From Candidatus Xenobia bacterium (lineage in GTDB: Bacteria > Vulcanimicrobiota > Xenobia > Xenobiales > QWHO01): a DNA stretch of 64,000 nt. The position numbers and the translations under genes were made by a program. This document shows, one piece after another, positions 30,443-40,226 of this stretch (positions are counted from its first letter, which is position 1; every line of letters starts with the position of its first letter). The notes beneath the pieces were generated by a model. That model was not told the origin of the DNA. It searched no databases and saw only the letters and a list, made by a program, of their open reading frames with translations. The stretch covers positions 32,001-96,000 of the forward strand of contig BTUM01000014.1 in the NCBI GenBank assembly GCA_045863235.1, read 5' to 3'.

Positions 30443-31975
30443 CTACGTCGGTTTGGGACGCAAACGTACGTTCACCTTCGCCTCGCGCGGATAGTGGGAA
30501 ACGTCGGAGGCGGACTGAAAGCCTGAAATGGGCTCAAGCTCAAAACGCTGCAGGAACCGGCCCAGGAAGACGGTCGACTCCAGCCGGGCCAGGTTCTGGC
30601 CCAGGCAGAGCCGGGTCCCACCGCCGAAGCCAAACATCTTGGCTGCCTGACCCCGAAAGCGCTCGGGACGAAACTGCTCTACGTCCTCCCCCCAGGCCTG
30701 CCGGTCTCGATGCGACTCGAGGGGGCTCATGACCAGGGTGGTGCCCCGCGGGACGAAAGTCTGGCCCAGGTAGGTATCCTCCTCGGCGACCCGCGCCAGC
30801 AGGTAGGCCGGGGAGTGGAGCCGCATCGTTTCCAGCAAGACCGCCTTGATCTCGCCCGACTGCCCGGGGCGAGGCAGACCGTCGTCCAGCGAGCCCCGAA
30901 GCTGCTGCTGGACTTGCGGGTGATGAGCCAGCTCCAGCAGGGCCCAGCTGAGCAGGCTGGCGGTCGTTTCATGGCCGGCCAGCATCAAAGTCAGCACCTC
31001 ATTGCGAAGCCGCTCCTGGCTCAGCGGCGGATCAGCCGCCAGCAACGCCCCCAGTGCATCCTGGCGCTGCTCTCCCGCGTCGCGCCGGTCAACGATCAAC
31101 CGGTCGGCCAGAGAACGCAGGCGCTGATGAGCGTCTGCCAGGGAGGAGGCCCCCAGGTGGGCCAGGCTCAAGCCGGTCGGATTGAGCGTCTCGGCGGCCA
31201 GCGTCTTACGGACCACCGCAAAGTCCTCCAGGGTGCCGTCCAGCTCGGCATCCGAGAGCCTGGCTCCAAACAGCATCTGGAAGGCCGCATCCAGGGTGGC
31301 CCGCTGGGTCAGGCGGCGAAGGTCGAGCTCCCCCTCCCCCACCGGATCGAAGTGGCGGTCGAAGACCCCGGCCAGGTGCTCGATGTTGGCCTGAGTATGG
31401 ATCTGGCTGCCACGCAGGACGGGCTCGAGCAGCTCCCGGCTGGTGCGCCAGGCCTCGCCAGTGCCGGAGAACACGTTCTCGGTGCCGAACAGATGACGAA
31501 AGCCGTGGGCCAGCTCGGGCGTCTTCTCCCAAACGCCCTGACCCTTCTTGTTGCGGGTGCCGGCCAGGGCCTGGTGCATCACCTCGGGGCGCGAATCAAA
31601 CAAGAGCAAGGGCTTGCCCGGCAGCCTGACCTGGAAGTGGCTGCCGTGGCGCTGGTGCAGTTCGCCCAGCACCTGGCGAGGATCGTCCAGGTGGCGCACC
31701 ACGCTGCCGATCAGCTCCAATCCGCTGGCTCGCGGAGTGGCCGCCAGGTAGGGACAGTTGCCCCCCGTAGCGCGAGCGAAAAGACCGAGTAACGGCGCCG
31801 CGGCCTCAGCTGCCGTGCGGCGGCCTTCCCCGGCCAGTCGCTGACTGGAGGGGCCCGACAGCTCGACCCCAGACAGGTCAACCGACTCGACTGGCTCGGA
31901 TCCGTGCGCCGCGAAAGCCCGGCTGGGCTGATACGTCGGGGCGGGCATGAACGGGCTGGCCGCATAGAGCTGCAT
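30443..31975 (-). CDS. Cytochrome P450 with N-terminal extension
   Basis: AGHETT I-helix, ETMR (ExxR), FRPERF and FGGGTRLCLG heme motif. Confidence 0.92.
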   Translation of the reverse strand: MQLYAASPFMPAPTYQPSRAFAAHGSEPVESVDLSGVELSGPSSQRLAGEGRRTAAEAAAPLLGLFARATGGNCPYLAATPRASGLELIGSVVRHLDDPRQVLGELHQRHGSHFQVRLPGKPLLLFDSRPEVMHQALAGTRNKKGQGVWEKTPELAHGFRHLFGTENVFSGTGEAWRTSRELLEPVLRGSQIHTQANIEHLAGVFDRHFDPVGEGELDLRRLTQRATLDAAFQMLFGARLSDAELDGTLEDFAVVRKTLAAETLNPTGLSLAHLGASSLADAHQRLRSLADRLIVDRRDAGEQRQDALGALLAADPPLSQERLRNEVLTLMLAGHETTASLLSWALLELAHHPQVQQQLRGSLDDGLPRPGQSGEIKAVLLETMRLHSPAYLLARVAEEDTYLGQTFVPRGTTLVMSPLESHRDRQAWGEDVEQFRPERFRGQAAKMFGFGGGTRLCLGQNLARLESTVFLGRFLQRFELEPISGFQSASDVSHYPREAKVNVRLRPKPT

Positions 31976-32017
31976 AGCCTCAGTCTACCTACCAGCCTGG
32001 AACAAAGCCTGAAAGGC

Positions 32018-33070
32018 CTACCCTCCCAGCTGCTGGCGAAGCAACGCGGCCCGGGCCGTGTCCCGCTCGTGGGCCTCCAGCGGCCGGCCCACCTCTTCTT
32101 GCAGGTTGGCCGGCCGGATGGCCACGATCAGGCGATTGAGAACCGTGCGCGAGACCGGCGGAAGAATCCACAGCTCGATGCCCAGTCGCACCATGGAGAG
32201 GTGCTCGAGGGCCTCAGCCGTTGTCATCAGACGAGCGTGACGCGCCACGCCCAGGCTACGCCAGGCCCGATCCTCGAGCAGGGCGCCCAGGTGCTGGCGC
32301 AGCTCCTCGCGGGCCTTCAGCTCGTAGCTCACGAGCTGCTCGGTCACCATCTGCACCCTCCCCACGATCTCTTCCTCGCTGCTGCCCAGCGTCACCTGGT
32401 TGGAGATCTGAAAAAGGTTTCCGGAAGCTTGCGTGCCTTCGCCATAGAGCCCCCGCACGGTCAGGCCCATCTGGGCGATCTGGCCCACGATGCGCTGCAT
32501 GGCGCCGGTCTTCCAGACATCCCAGTTCAGGGCCGGCAAGTGCAGCATCGCCGAAGCTCGCAAACCGGTGCCGACGTTGGTGGCGCAGGTGGTCAGATAA
32601 CCCAGGCGATCGTCGAAAGCGTAGTCGAGGTGACACTCCAGGCGGTTGTCGGCCTGGTCGACCAGTCGCCAGGCCTCCTCGAAGGCCGAGCCGGGCAGAA
32701 GGGCCTGGATGCGCAGGTGGTCCTCCTCGTTGACCATCACGCTCAGGGTGCCGTCGTTGCGAAAACCCAGGGCCCGTGCCTGAAAGTGGGCCAGCAGCGC
32801 CGGACTGACCAGGTGACGCTCGAGCAAGAGATGATGCTGCAGCTCGTTGAGCTTGTCGAGCCGCATCAGCCGAAGGCCCAACCTGGGCCCCTCGGCCTTC
32901 AAGGCCGAGCTGACGCGCCCGAGCACCGCCTCCAGCCAGGGGAGGTCGGCCCGATTGGGAAAGGGGTGGCCCTCCAGGTTGCGCGCGAGCCGAATTCGGG
33001 TGGACAGAATGATGCCGTCCGAGGCTCCGCTGTCGGTCAGCCAGGCCAGGTCTTCGAGCTTCTGGCTCAT
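32018..33070 (-). CDS. mcsB: Protein arginine kinase
   Basis: STRIRLARN, NEEDHLRIQ, GYLTTC.TNVGTGLRAS, RGLYGEG and QISNQVTLG motifs. Confidence 0.93.
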   Translation of the reverse strand: MSQKLEDLAWLTDSGASDGIILSTRIRLARNLEGHPFPNRADLPWLEAVLGRVSSALKAEGPRLGLRLMRLDKLNELQHHLLLERHLVSPALLAHFQARALGFRNDGTLSVMVNEEDHLRIQALLPGSAFEEAWRLVDQADNRLECHLDYAFDDRLGYLTTCATNVGTGLRASAMLHLPALNWDVWKTGAMQRIVGQIAQMGLTVRGLYGEGTQASGNLFQISNQVTLGSSEEEIVGRVQMVTEQLVSYELKAREELRQHLGALLEDRAWRSLGVARHARLMTTAEALEHLSMVRLGIELWILPPVSRTVLNRLIVAIRPANLQEEVGRPLEAHERDTARAALLRQQLGG

Positions 33071-33528
33071 CCGCTCGAAAGCTCCTGAATCTTGTCGCGC
33101 AAACGGGCCGCCTCTTCATAGCTCTCAGCCTCGATGGCCTGCTGCAGACGCTCCTTCAGCTCTCGAATCACCTGGCGGTCACGCTCGCTGCGACCCTTGC
33201 GCACGGGCACTTTGCCTCGATGCAGGTCGTTGCCCTGCACCCGCTGCAGCAGCGTCTCGAGATGGGCCCGGTAGAAGGTGTAGCAGTGACTGCAACCGAG
33301 CGTGGTGCTGTGACAGATGGACTGGAAGGCTACCCCGCAGCGGGGACAGGTTTGCACGGCGGGGAGCTGCACCTGGAACATGGTCAGGGCGGTGGTGACC
33401 GGATCGGCGGCCACCGGCAGGTCCTGAGCGCAAAAGTCGCAAAGCCGCAGGGGCAGGCTGTAGCCCATCTGGGGATGGGCGATCACCCGGGTGGCCGGAC
33501 GCTGGCCGCAGCGGTCGCATGGCAGCAC
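33067..33528 (-). CDS. mcsA: McsB activator with CxxC motifs and UVR domain
   Basis: Four CxxC motifs, H.GKVP and YEEAARLRDKI; coupled to mcsB. Confidence 0.88.
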   Translation of the reverse strand: MLPCDRCGQRPATRVIAHPQMGYSLPLRLCDFCAQDLPVAADPVTTALTMFQVQLPAVQTCPRCGVAFQSICHSTTLGCSHCYTFYRAHLETLLQRVQGNDLHRGKVPVRKGRSERDRQVIRELKERLQQAIEAESYEEAARLRDKIQELSSG

Positions 33529-33541
33529 CAGGCGATTTTCT

Positions 33542-34480
33542 CTACTGCCGCGTCGGAGCCTCTCGCGGCTGGAAGGTGCGCAACACCCGGCCGCCCCTGA
33601 CCTCTACCCGGCCTACCGTGGCCGGCAGGACGCGGGCCTCGCCTTCGGCCAGGCGCTCGCCGCCGGAGCGACTGACCAGCTCGGCCTCGCCCTCGAAGGC
33701 GGTCAGTATCTCGAAGCGCTCCGGGGTCCAGGCGTGCTGTCCGGTCAGCTCCTCGACCACGAAATAGGGCGTGTTGACCCGCACCGCGCCTACCGTGCCC
33801 TCGGGCACGGGCGGAGCCAGGTAGGGGGGAACCCGGCGCAGAACCGCCAGAGCTTCCTCCCAGTGCAGGGGGCGAGGCTTCCCATCCAGACCGGGTCGAT
33901 CCCAGTCGTAGAGCCGGTAAGTCAGGTCCGAGCTCTGTTGGATCTCGTACAGGAGCAGGCCCGGCCCCAGAGCGTGCACAGTGCCGGCGGGGGTCAGGAA
34001 GACGTCTCCCGCGCGGGCCGGGCGATAGTCCAGATGCTCGATCATGCTCGGGTCGCAAGACAGGTCCTCGGGCCGCGTCCCGGCGACCAGCCCGTGCACG
34101 AGGCGAGCCTCGGGCTCGGCCGAGCGCACGAACCAGCACTCGGTCTTGCCCCGCTGGCGCGGATCGCCGCTCAGCTCACGGGCCAGCTGGTCGTCAGGGT
34201 GCACCTGAACGCTCAGCCAATCCTGACAATCGAGCCACTTGGCCAGCAGCGGGAAGCTGTCGCTCTCGCACCCCGGACCTAGCAGGGCCGAGCCCAGCTC
34301 TCGCACCAGCTCGTCCAGGGTCCGGCCGGCCCACTCCCCGCTGGCCACCATCAGCTCTCCGTGCACTTCCCACGATTCGCCCACGGGACCGGGAGGCAGC
34401 TCGCGACCCAGCTTCTCCAGGCCCCTGCCTCCCCAGACGCGGCTCTCTGGCCGGGGTTTGAGGGTGATCGGCGCCAGCAT
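33542..34480 (-). CDS. manA: Mannose-6-phosphate isomerase, class I
   Basis: VWGG, GESWE, LSVQVHPDD, GKTECW, AGTVHA and EIQQSSDLTYRLYDWDR motifs. Confidence 0.9.
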   Translation of the reverse strand: MLAPITLKPRPESRVWGGRGLEKLGRELPPGPVGESWEVHGELMVASGEWAGRTLDELVRELGSALLGPGCESDSFPLLAKWLDCQDWLSVQVHPDDQLARELSGDPRQRGKTECWFVRSAEPEARLVHGLVAGTRPEDLSCDPSMIEHLDYRPARAGDVFLTPAGTVHALGPGLLLYEIQQSSDLTYRLYDWDRPGLDGKPRPLHWEEALAVLRRVPPYLAPPVPEGTVGAVRVNTPYFVVEELTGQHAWTPERFEILTAFEGEAELVSRSGGERLAEGEARVLPATVGRVEVRGGRVLRTFQPREAPTRQ

Positions 34481-34538
34481 GGGCGGCAAGTTCGGCCCGG
34501 GGGAGGTTGGCCCTTCCCAGGGCGAGAACTCCTCTGGC

Positions 34539-35126
34539 ATGCGACGTGGATTCTCGCTGATCGAGATCGCTGTAGCCGTGGCCATCCTGGCCCTGCTTCT
34601 GGGCATCGGTTTGCCCTATCTGGCTGGCCTTCGCGAGAGCAATCGGATCGAGGCGGCCTATCAGCTGATCCACGGAACTCTCGAGTTCGCCCAGCAAGAG
34701 GCGCGCACCCAGGGATTGCCCCCCCTGGGTCTCACCGGCGCCGGCGCAGTGCCCCCGTTTCCCGACACCGACCTCTACTGCCGGGTGGTTCGCAAGGAGC
34801 TCGGCCAGCCCGCCCGGATCCTCAAGGAGTATCCGATAGGACGTGGCTTCAGTTACCTGGTCAACGGCGACGTGGTCTCGCTGGACGCAGACGGAGGGGC
34901 CACTCAGGGCATCATCTTCCAGATCGCCCCCAAGCTGCTCTTCACCTCCGGCACATGCATCGTGTTCGGCCAGAACGGCCAGCCCGTGACCATGCCTGCC
35001 GGCGCTCCGGTGGTGGCCGTCAATGCTCCCACGGTGATCTTCGGCACCAAACGCCGGGCGGTGGAGATCAAGATGCTTCCCACCGGGGCACTGCAATCGA
35101 CCACCATGGCGGCCAACCCGCTCTGA
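34539..35126 (+). CDS. Prepilin-type (FimT/GspH-like) protein
   Basis: MRRG^FSLIE followed by a hydrophobic helix. Confidence 0.8.
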   Translation: MRRGFSLIEIAVAVAILALLLGIGLPYLAGLRESNRIEAAYQLIHGTLEFAQQEARTQGLPPLGLTGAGAVPPFPDTDLYCRVVRKELGQPARILKEYPIGRGFSYLVNGDVVSLDADGGATQGIIFQIAPKLLFTSGTCIVFGQNGQPVTMPAGAPVVAVNAPTVIFGTKRRAVEIKMLPTGALQSTTMAANPL

Positions 35127-35707
35127 CCATCGAGACCGTCGTGGGGTCCGAGCTCGCGCCCTACCTGCCCGAGGTGGCTCGCCTGCGGATCGAGGTCTTC
35201 CGGGCCTGGCCCTATCTCTATGCCGGCACCCTGGAGTACGAAGCCGACTACCTCAAGACCTACCTCAACTCACCCGAGAGCCTGACCGTTCTGGTTCGCG
35301 ACGGCGAGCAGGTGGTGGGCGCCTCGACCGCGCTGCCTCTCGACCACGAGACCGAGCCTTTCACCCGGCCTTTTCGGCAGGCTGGCTACCGCCCCGAAGA
35401 GTTCCTCTACTTTGGCGAGTCGGTGCTCCTGCCCGCCTATCGCGGTCGCGGTCTGGGGGGTCGCTTCTTCCAGGAGCGCGAAGACCACGCCCGCCGACTC
35501 GGTCGCTTCCAGCAGACCTGCTTTGCAGCCGTGGAGCGCCCCCCCACCCACCCGCTCCGCCCGGCCGATTACCTCCCCCTCAATTCTTTCTGGGAGCGGC
35601 GCGGATACAAGCGTCAACCCGAGTTGGCGATGGAGCTTGCCTGGCAGGACGTAGACCAACCCCAGGAGACCGAAAAACGTCTCGTGTTCTGGCTGAAGCC
35701 GCTTTGA
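35123..35707 (+). CDS. GNAT N-acetyltransferase
   Basis: ARLRIEVFRAWPYLY and YFGESVLLPAYRGRGLG; start uncertain (CTG overlapping the upstream TGA). Confidence 0.85.
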   Translation: MTIETVVGSELAPYLPEVARLRIEVFRAWPYLYAGTLEYEADYLKTYLNSPESLTVLVRDGEQVVGASTALPLDHETEPFTRPFRQAGYRPEEFLYFGESVLLPAYRGRGLGGRFFQEREDHARRLGRFQQTCFAAVERPPTHPLRPADYLPLNSFWERRGYKRQPELAMELAWQDVDQPQETEKRLVFWLKPL

Positions 35708-36570
35708 GGATCGCCGCGGCCCAGTACGCCCTGGCTCGACCCGGCAGTTGGGACGAGTATGCCACAGGCCTGCGAGAGCGGCTGCAGGGCGTCCAGGCCG
35801 AGGTGATCTTGTTCCCCGAGTACGCCGGTCTCGAAGTCCTGGCCTTCCTGGCTCCCGGCGCCCCCCTGGAGGCCCAGCTGAGAGCCCTGGACCTGGAGCG
35901 CTATCGCGGGGTGATGTCCGAACTGGCCCGCGAGCGCGGTGCAGTGGTGGTAGCCGGCTCGGTGCCCGCCCCCGAAGGAGGCAGCTATCGCAACCGGGCC
36001 TACCTGTTCTGGCCGGACGGCTCCTCCGGCTATCAAGACAAGCTGGTTCTGACCCCCTGGGAGCGCTCCACCGGCCTGCTCTCTCCTGGTGAAAGGTTGC
36101 ACGTCTTTGCAACTCCCTTCGGATGCCTGGCCATCAACGTTTGCTACGACTGCGAGTTCCCCATGCTGGCCTGGCAGCAAGCCCGGGCCGGCGCCGAGGT
36201 TCTGCTCGTGCCCAGCTGCACCGAGGGCCGCACCGGGTATCATCGAGTGCGTCTGGCCTGCCGGGCTCGAGCTCTGGAGAACCAGATGCTGGTGGTCCAA
36301 TCCAGCGTGGTGGGGCGCTTTCCCCAGTGCGAGTTCATCGACCGCAACACGGGCGCGGCGGCATTCTTCGTGCCGCCCGACATCGGGTTTCCCGATGATG
36401 GGGTGCTGGCCCGAGGCAAGTTGAATCGGGCCGCGTTCGTCACCTGTCAGGCCCCGCTTCAGCGCCTCGAGCTGCTGCGTCGAGAAGGCGGCGAGGTTGC
36501 CACGGTTCGCGATTGGACAGAAGCTCGCGGGCCAGTGGAACGAATAGCAGGCTCCCACGCTGCCGGGTGA
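35704..36570 (+). CDS. Carbon-nitrogen hydrolase (nitrilase family)
   Basis: Catalytic E-K-C contexts (FPEY, QDK, CYDCEFP) and ARALENQ. Confidence 0.9.
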   Translation: MRIAAAQYALARPGSWDEYATGLRERLQGVQAEVILFPEYAGLEVLAFLAPGAPLEAQLRALDLERYRGVMSELARERGAVVVAGSVPAPEGGSYRNRAYLFWPDGSSGYQDKLVLTPWERSTGLLSPGERLHVFATPFGCLAINVCYDCEFPMLAWQQARAGAEVLLVPSCTEGRTGYHRVRLACRARALENQMLVVQSSVVGRFPQCEFIDRNTGAAAFFVPPDIGFPDDGVLARGKLNRAAFVTCQAPLQRLELLRREGGEVATVRDWTEARGPVERIAGSHAAG

Positions 36571-36582
36571 GAAAGCAGCCTC

Positions 36583-38319
36583 GTGTCTGAGAGTCCGATT
36601 CGAAACCCTTATGCATGCGGTCATCCGGTTCAGGGCTGGGAGTTTTACGGTCGCCAGGACGAGCTCAGCCGGCTCTTCACCCAGATCGCCCGGGGAGGCC
36701 ACTACTCGGTGGTGGGCGGTCCGCGCACGGGCAAGACGTCTCTGCTTCAGCACATGGCCGTGGAGGGCGTGGCTGAGCGCTATGGAGTCAGCGGCCAGGA
36801 CAGGCTGTTTGCCTACTGCAACCTCAACGCCCTGCCCGCCGGCAAGTCCATGGGCGAGAGCCTCTCGCGGGCACTCCAGGAAGCCCTGAAACGACGCCTG
36901 GCCGGCCAGGGGCACCAGAGCGGACTGGACAACCTGCTGGAAAGCCTGGAGCAGTATGACCCCACCGGGCACCTGAGGCGAGGCGTGGAATCGGCCGGCC
37001 AGCTGGCCGGCAAAGCTTTCTCGGCCGTGTTCAAGAACGTAAAAGAGCACCTGTCCCTGCCAACTCCTCCGCCCGACCCGGACGGTCTGCTCCAGTTGAG
37101 CAAAGCCTTCGACCAGCTGCAGGCCAGGAATCTCAAGCCCGTCTTGCTCTTGGACGATGCCGAGCCCCTGTTCTCCATCGCCAGCGACCTGCGCAAGCTA
37201 TTTGCGCACTCCGGAGTCAGCTTCGTCCTGGCCACCTCCCGCAGCCTCAAGCAGCTCGTCACGGGTGAGCCGCCTCTGGAGGCTCTGCGCCTGAGATTGG
37301 GGGCCATGGACGCAGACGACGCCCGCACGCTTCTGGTGCAGCCAGCCCGAGGGGCCAAGGTGGAGTACCCGGCCGATTGGGTCGAGCGCACGGTGGCGTT
37401 CACAGGGAGCCACCCCTATTTGCTGCAGCTCTACGCCTTCCATCTCTTCCCAGCTCTGCGCGACGGCAAGAGCCCTGACCGACAACGGCTGGAAGCAGAC
37501 GTGCTGGACGAAGCCCGCACGGTTCTGGAGGAGCAACTGGCGGGCCTGAGCCCGGAGGAGCAGCAACGCCTGCACCAGCGAATGCAGGGACCTGTCAGCG
37601 ACGACCACGAGGCCGACGGGCGCCTGCGAGTCGAGGGGATCCTCACCCCCGAGGGGGAGATCGCCCTGCTTTATCGCCGCTTGGGCCCTGGTCGGCCGGC
37701 CCCGATCCTCGCCCCGGCTCCCACCGCGACGCCCGTGCCTGCGAGCGCCGAGGAACGGTCTCTGCTGGAGGTCATCGAAGAGCGCATTCGCCTGGATACC
37801 TATCTGCGGGAACGGTTCACCCAGGTCGGGACCTTTGTGGACATCGACGTGGCCGGATCGACCGCCCTCAAGTCGGGAGAGGACGACTACGACATCATCT
37901 ACTCATTCGAGGAGTTCCATCGCTTCCAGCGCGAGACGATCGAGTCGTTCAAGGGGCGGGTGCTGAACGCCATCGGGGACGAAACCATGAGCCTCTTCGC
38001 GGAGCCCGAGGAGGCCATCTCCTGCCTCAAAGGGCTGATGGGTGCCTTGCCCGAGTTCAACCGCACCCGCAACCGGCTCAAGAATCCCTTCCAGGTGCGG
38101 GCCGGCGTCCACCTGGGCGAGCTGATCCGAGACAACAAAGAGGAACGGGCTTACTCTCGGGTGCTCGATGTGGCCGGCCACTTGCAAAAGCTGGCCGAGG
38201 ACGGAGCGGTGGTGGTGTCGCAGCAGGTTTACGAGGCCCTGGGACAGCCGGCTTACCTGACGCCGTTCAAGTACTCCGAGCGGGACGGAGTGATGACCTT
38301 CGTGCTGCAGCTTGGATAA
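36583..38319 (+). CDS. STAND-like P-loop ATPase fused to a class III nucleotidyl cyclase domain
   Basis: NPY...FYGRQDEL, GGPRTGKTS, LLLDD and TGSHPYLLQ; C-terminal DIDVAGST, IGDE and VRAGVHLGE. Confidence 0.8.
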   Translation: MSESPIRNPYACGHPVQGWEFYGRQDELSRLFTQIARGGHYSVVGGPRTGKTSLLQHMAVEGVAERYGVSGQDRLFAYCNLNALPAGKSMGESLSRALQEALKRRLAGQGHQSGLDNLLESLEQYDPTGHLRRGVESAGQLAGKAFSAVFKNVKEHLSLPTPPPDPDGLLQLSKAFDQLQARNLKPVLLLDDAEPLFSIASDLRKLFAHSGVSFVLATSRSLKQLVTGEPPLEALRLRLGAMDADDARTLLVQPARGAKVEYPADWVERTVAFTGSHPYLLQLYAFHLFPALRDGKSPDRQRLEADVLDEARTVLEEQLAGLSPEEQQRLHQRMQGPVSDDHEADGRLRVEGILTPEGEIALLYRRLGPGRPAPILAPAPTATPVPASAEERSLLEVIEERIRLDTYLRERFTQVGTFVDIDVAGSTALKSGEDDYDIIYSFEEFHRFQRETIESFKGRVLNAIGDETMSLFAEPEEAISCLKGLMGALPEFNRTRNRLKNPFQVRAGVHLGELIRDNKEERAYSRVLDVAGHLQKLAEDGAVVVSQQVYEALGQPAYLTPFKYSERDGVMTFVLQLG

Positions 38320-38479
38320 CGCGCCAACCGGGAGGGTGATATCTTACGTTCCCCGCCCTCCCGTTGGAGTCTCACCCAACTTTTCTCGGCGGTTCTGCCT
38401 CCGCCCGAAGCGGCCCGAAGCCGCATGGACACGTAAAGTGGGTTCGCTCCGTAGTTGGCGCGTTCAGGAGCCATTATAC

Positions 38480-38836
38480 CTATTCGTGTGAGTTTGACAA
38501 CCCCTCGCCAAGCTCGGTGTACTTCAGGTTTCGTCCCCGGCTCAGCGAAACCGGGTATTTCTCCTCGTTGTGGGCCATCTTCTGGTCCAGGGCCCGCACC
38601 AGATCGACCCCCGCTTCGTGGGCCAGCAGCAACACGAAGTAGAGCACGTCGGCCAGTTCGTCCGGTAGCCCCTCCAGCCTGGCCTCCTCCACGCTCTTGA
38701 AGCGGAAAAGCTCCAGGACCTCCGCGGCCTCCACGCTCAAGGCGATAGCCAGGTCCTTGGGATTGTGGAACTGACGCCAATCGCGCCGATCGCGAAACTC
38801 CAGAATGCGCTCGGTCAGCTCGCGCAGCTCGCTCAT
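38480..38836 (-). CDS. MazG-like nucleotide pyrophosphohydrolase
   Basis: RDWRQFHNPKDLA..EAAE...DELADV...NEEKYP. Confidence 0.9.
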   Translation of the reverse strand: MSELRELTERILEFRDRRDWRQFHNPKDLAIALSVEAAEVLELFRFKSVEEARLEGLPDELADVLYFVLLLAHEAGVDLVRALDQKMAHNEEKYPVSLSRGRNLKYTELGEGLSNSHE

Positions 38837-39945
38837 GGGTCGTGGGGCGGCGTGGCCGACGGTTGAGGGCGAATTGGCTCTTCTTTGCTGCCCTTGACGT
38901 TCTCGGGGACGGTCTCCGGCTCGTCTCCTCCCCGGAGCGGCTGCTGGAGCGAGGGCTGTATTGGCGACGGCGAGGGCTGCGTGGGCGACGCCTCAGGCTG
39001 GGGGGATGGCGAGGGCTCGGGCCCCAGCCGCGCCAGGGCTTTGCGAGCCTCTTCCAGGTTGGGATCGGACTCCAGCGCTTTGGCGTAGGCCGCTCGGGCT
39101 TCAGATGGCTTGCTCATCTTCTCGTGCAGCTTGCCTTCCAGCATCATCATCTGGGTCAGCTCATCGTTTTTGGCCAGGGCCATCCGGGCCAGTTTTACGG
39201 CCTTGTCGTTCTCGTTGGCCAGATAGGCCATGTAGGCGGCCGCGGCTAGAGCCAGGTCGGCGCGCTGGTTCTGCTGCATGACGTCGTTGAGATAGCGCCT
39301 GGCTTCGCCGGAGCGGTTCATCTCCACCAGCTGAATGCCCAGATTCAGCTTGTAGCTGGGAGACTCGGGCTGCAGGCGCACCGCGTCTTGAAACTCGGAC
39401 AGGGCCAGCGGCTGATTGCCGGCCAGCTGGTGCAAGATTCCCAGATTGTTGTGGGCGGCGGCCATGCCCGGATTGGACAAGATGGCCTGCTTCCAACGTT
39501 TCTGCGCTTCCGCCAGGTCTTGCTGGGCATAGGCCACCACGCCCAGCGAGTATTCCGCCGTGGCCTGCCCCCCCGGCACCATCAGGAGCTTGGAGAAATG
39601 CTTCTTGGCCTCCTCGTAATTCTTCTCAGCCACGTAGCTGTAGCCGACTTGCTGATAGGCGGGCATGAACTGAGGCTCGAGGCTGATCACGAGATTGAGA
39701 GACTCGCGAGCTTTGGGATAATCCTTCAGGCCCAGGTAGCACAGGCCCTGGAGATAGAGGGCATCCGCATGGCGCGGGTCTTGCTTGAGCATGGCCTGGG
39801 TCACCTTGAGCGCCTCGTCCCACTTGCCCGCCTCCGCGAAAACCTGGGCTCGCTTGAGGTCGGCCTTGGACACGACCGACCCTTGAGCCACCACACCGGC
39901 CCCCAGCAGGACCAGCGCTGCCAGGAGGAGCGAGAAGCGTTTCAT
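38833..39945 (-). CDS. Secreted TPR protein with Pro-rich tail
   Basis: Signal peptide and multiple TPRs (AHNNLG). Confidence 0.85.
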   Translation of the reverse strand: MKRFSLLLAALVLLGAGVVAQGSVVSKADLKRAQVFAEAGKWDEALKVTQAMLKQDPRHADALYLQGLCYLGLKDYPKARESLNLVISLEPQFMPAYQQVGYSYVAEKNYEEAKKHFSKLLMVPGGQATAEYSLGVVAYAQQDLAEAQKRWKQAILSNPGMAAAHNNLGILHQLAGNQPLALSEFQDAVRLQPESPSYKLNLGIQLVEMNRSGEARRYLNDVMQQNQRADLALAAAAYMAYLANENDKAVKLARMALAKNDELTQMMMLEGKLHEKMSKPSEARAAYAKALESDPNLEEARKALARLGPEPSPSPQPEASPTQPSPSPIQPSLQQPLRGGDEPETVPENVKGSKEEPIRPQPSATPPHDP

Positions 39946-40226
39946 GGACCAGCCTCCGACAACGACAAATTGGGATGGCCGACGAATTTCACTTGAAAGT
40001 GCTGAGCAGCTTGCCGCTCGGGGAGGTCAGCATTGGGAAAGATGGAGAAGAGGGAGGGCGCGCTCAGGCCCCGGGTGGTCAGCTCCAGCCGAATCAGCTC
40101 CGAGCCCCGGTCGAAGTGGTAGATCAGCGCCACCTCGCCCTTGACCCTCCGGCCCGACAGTGATACCAGCCGTGCTCCCTGCTCGCGCAGGGAGTGGGCT
40201 TCTCGCAAGAACCGCTCTTCGGTCAT
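39942..40226 (-). CDS. Small NuoC/EchD-like domain protein
   Basis: ARLVSLSG...LIYHF...PSLFSIFPNADLPER...F.GHP pattern of complex I 30-kDa subunit domains. Confidence 0.65.
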   Translation of the reverse strand: MTEERFLREAHSLREQGARLVSLSGRRVKGEVALIYHFDRGSELIRLELTTRGLSAPSLFSIFPNADLPERQAAQHFQVKFVGHPNLSLSEAGP

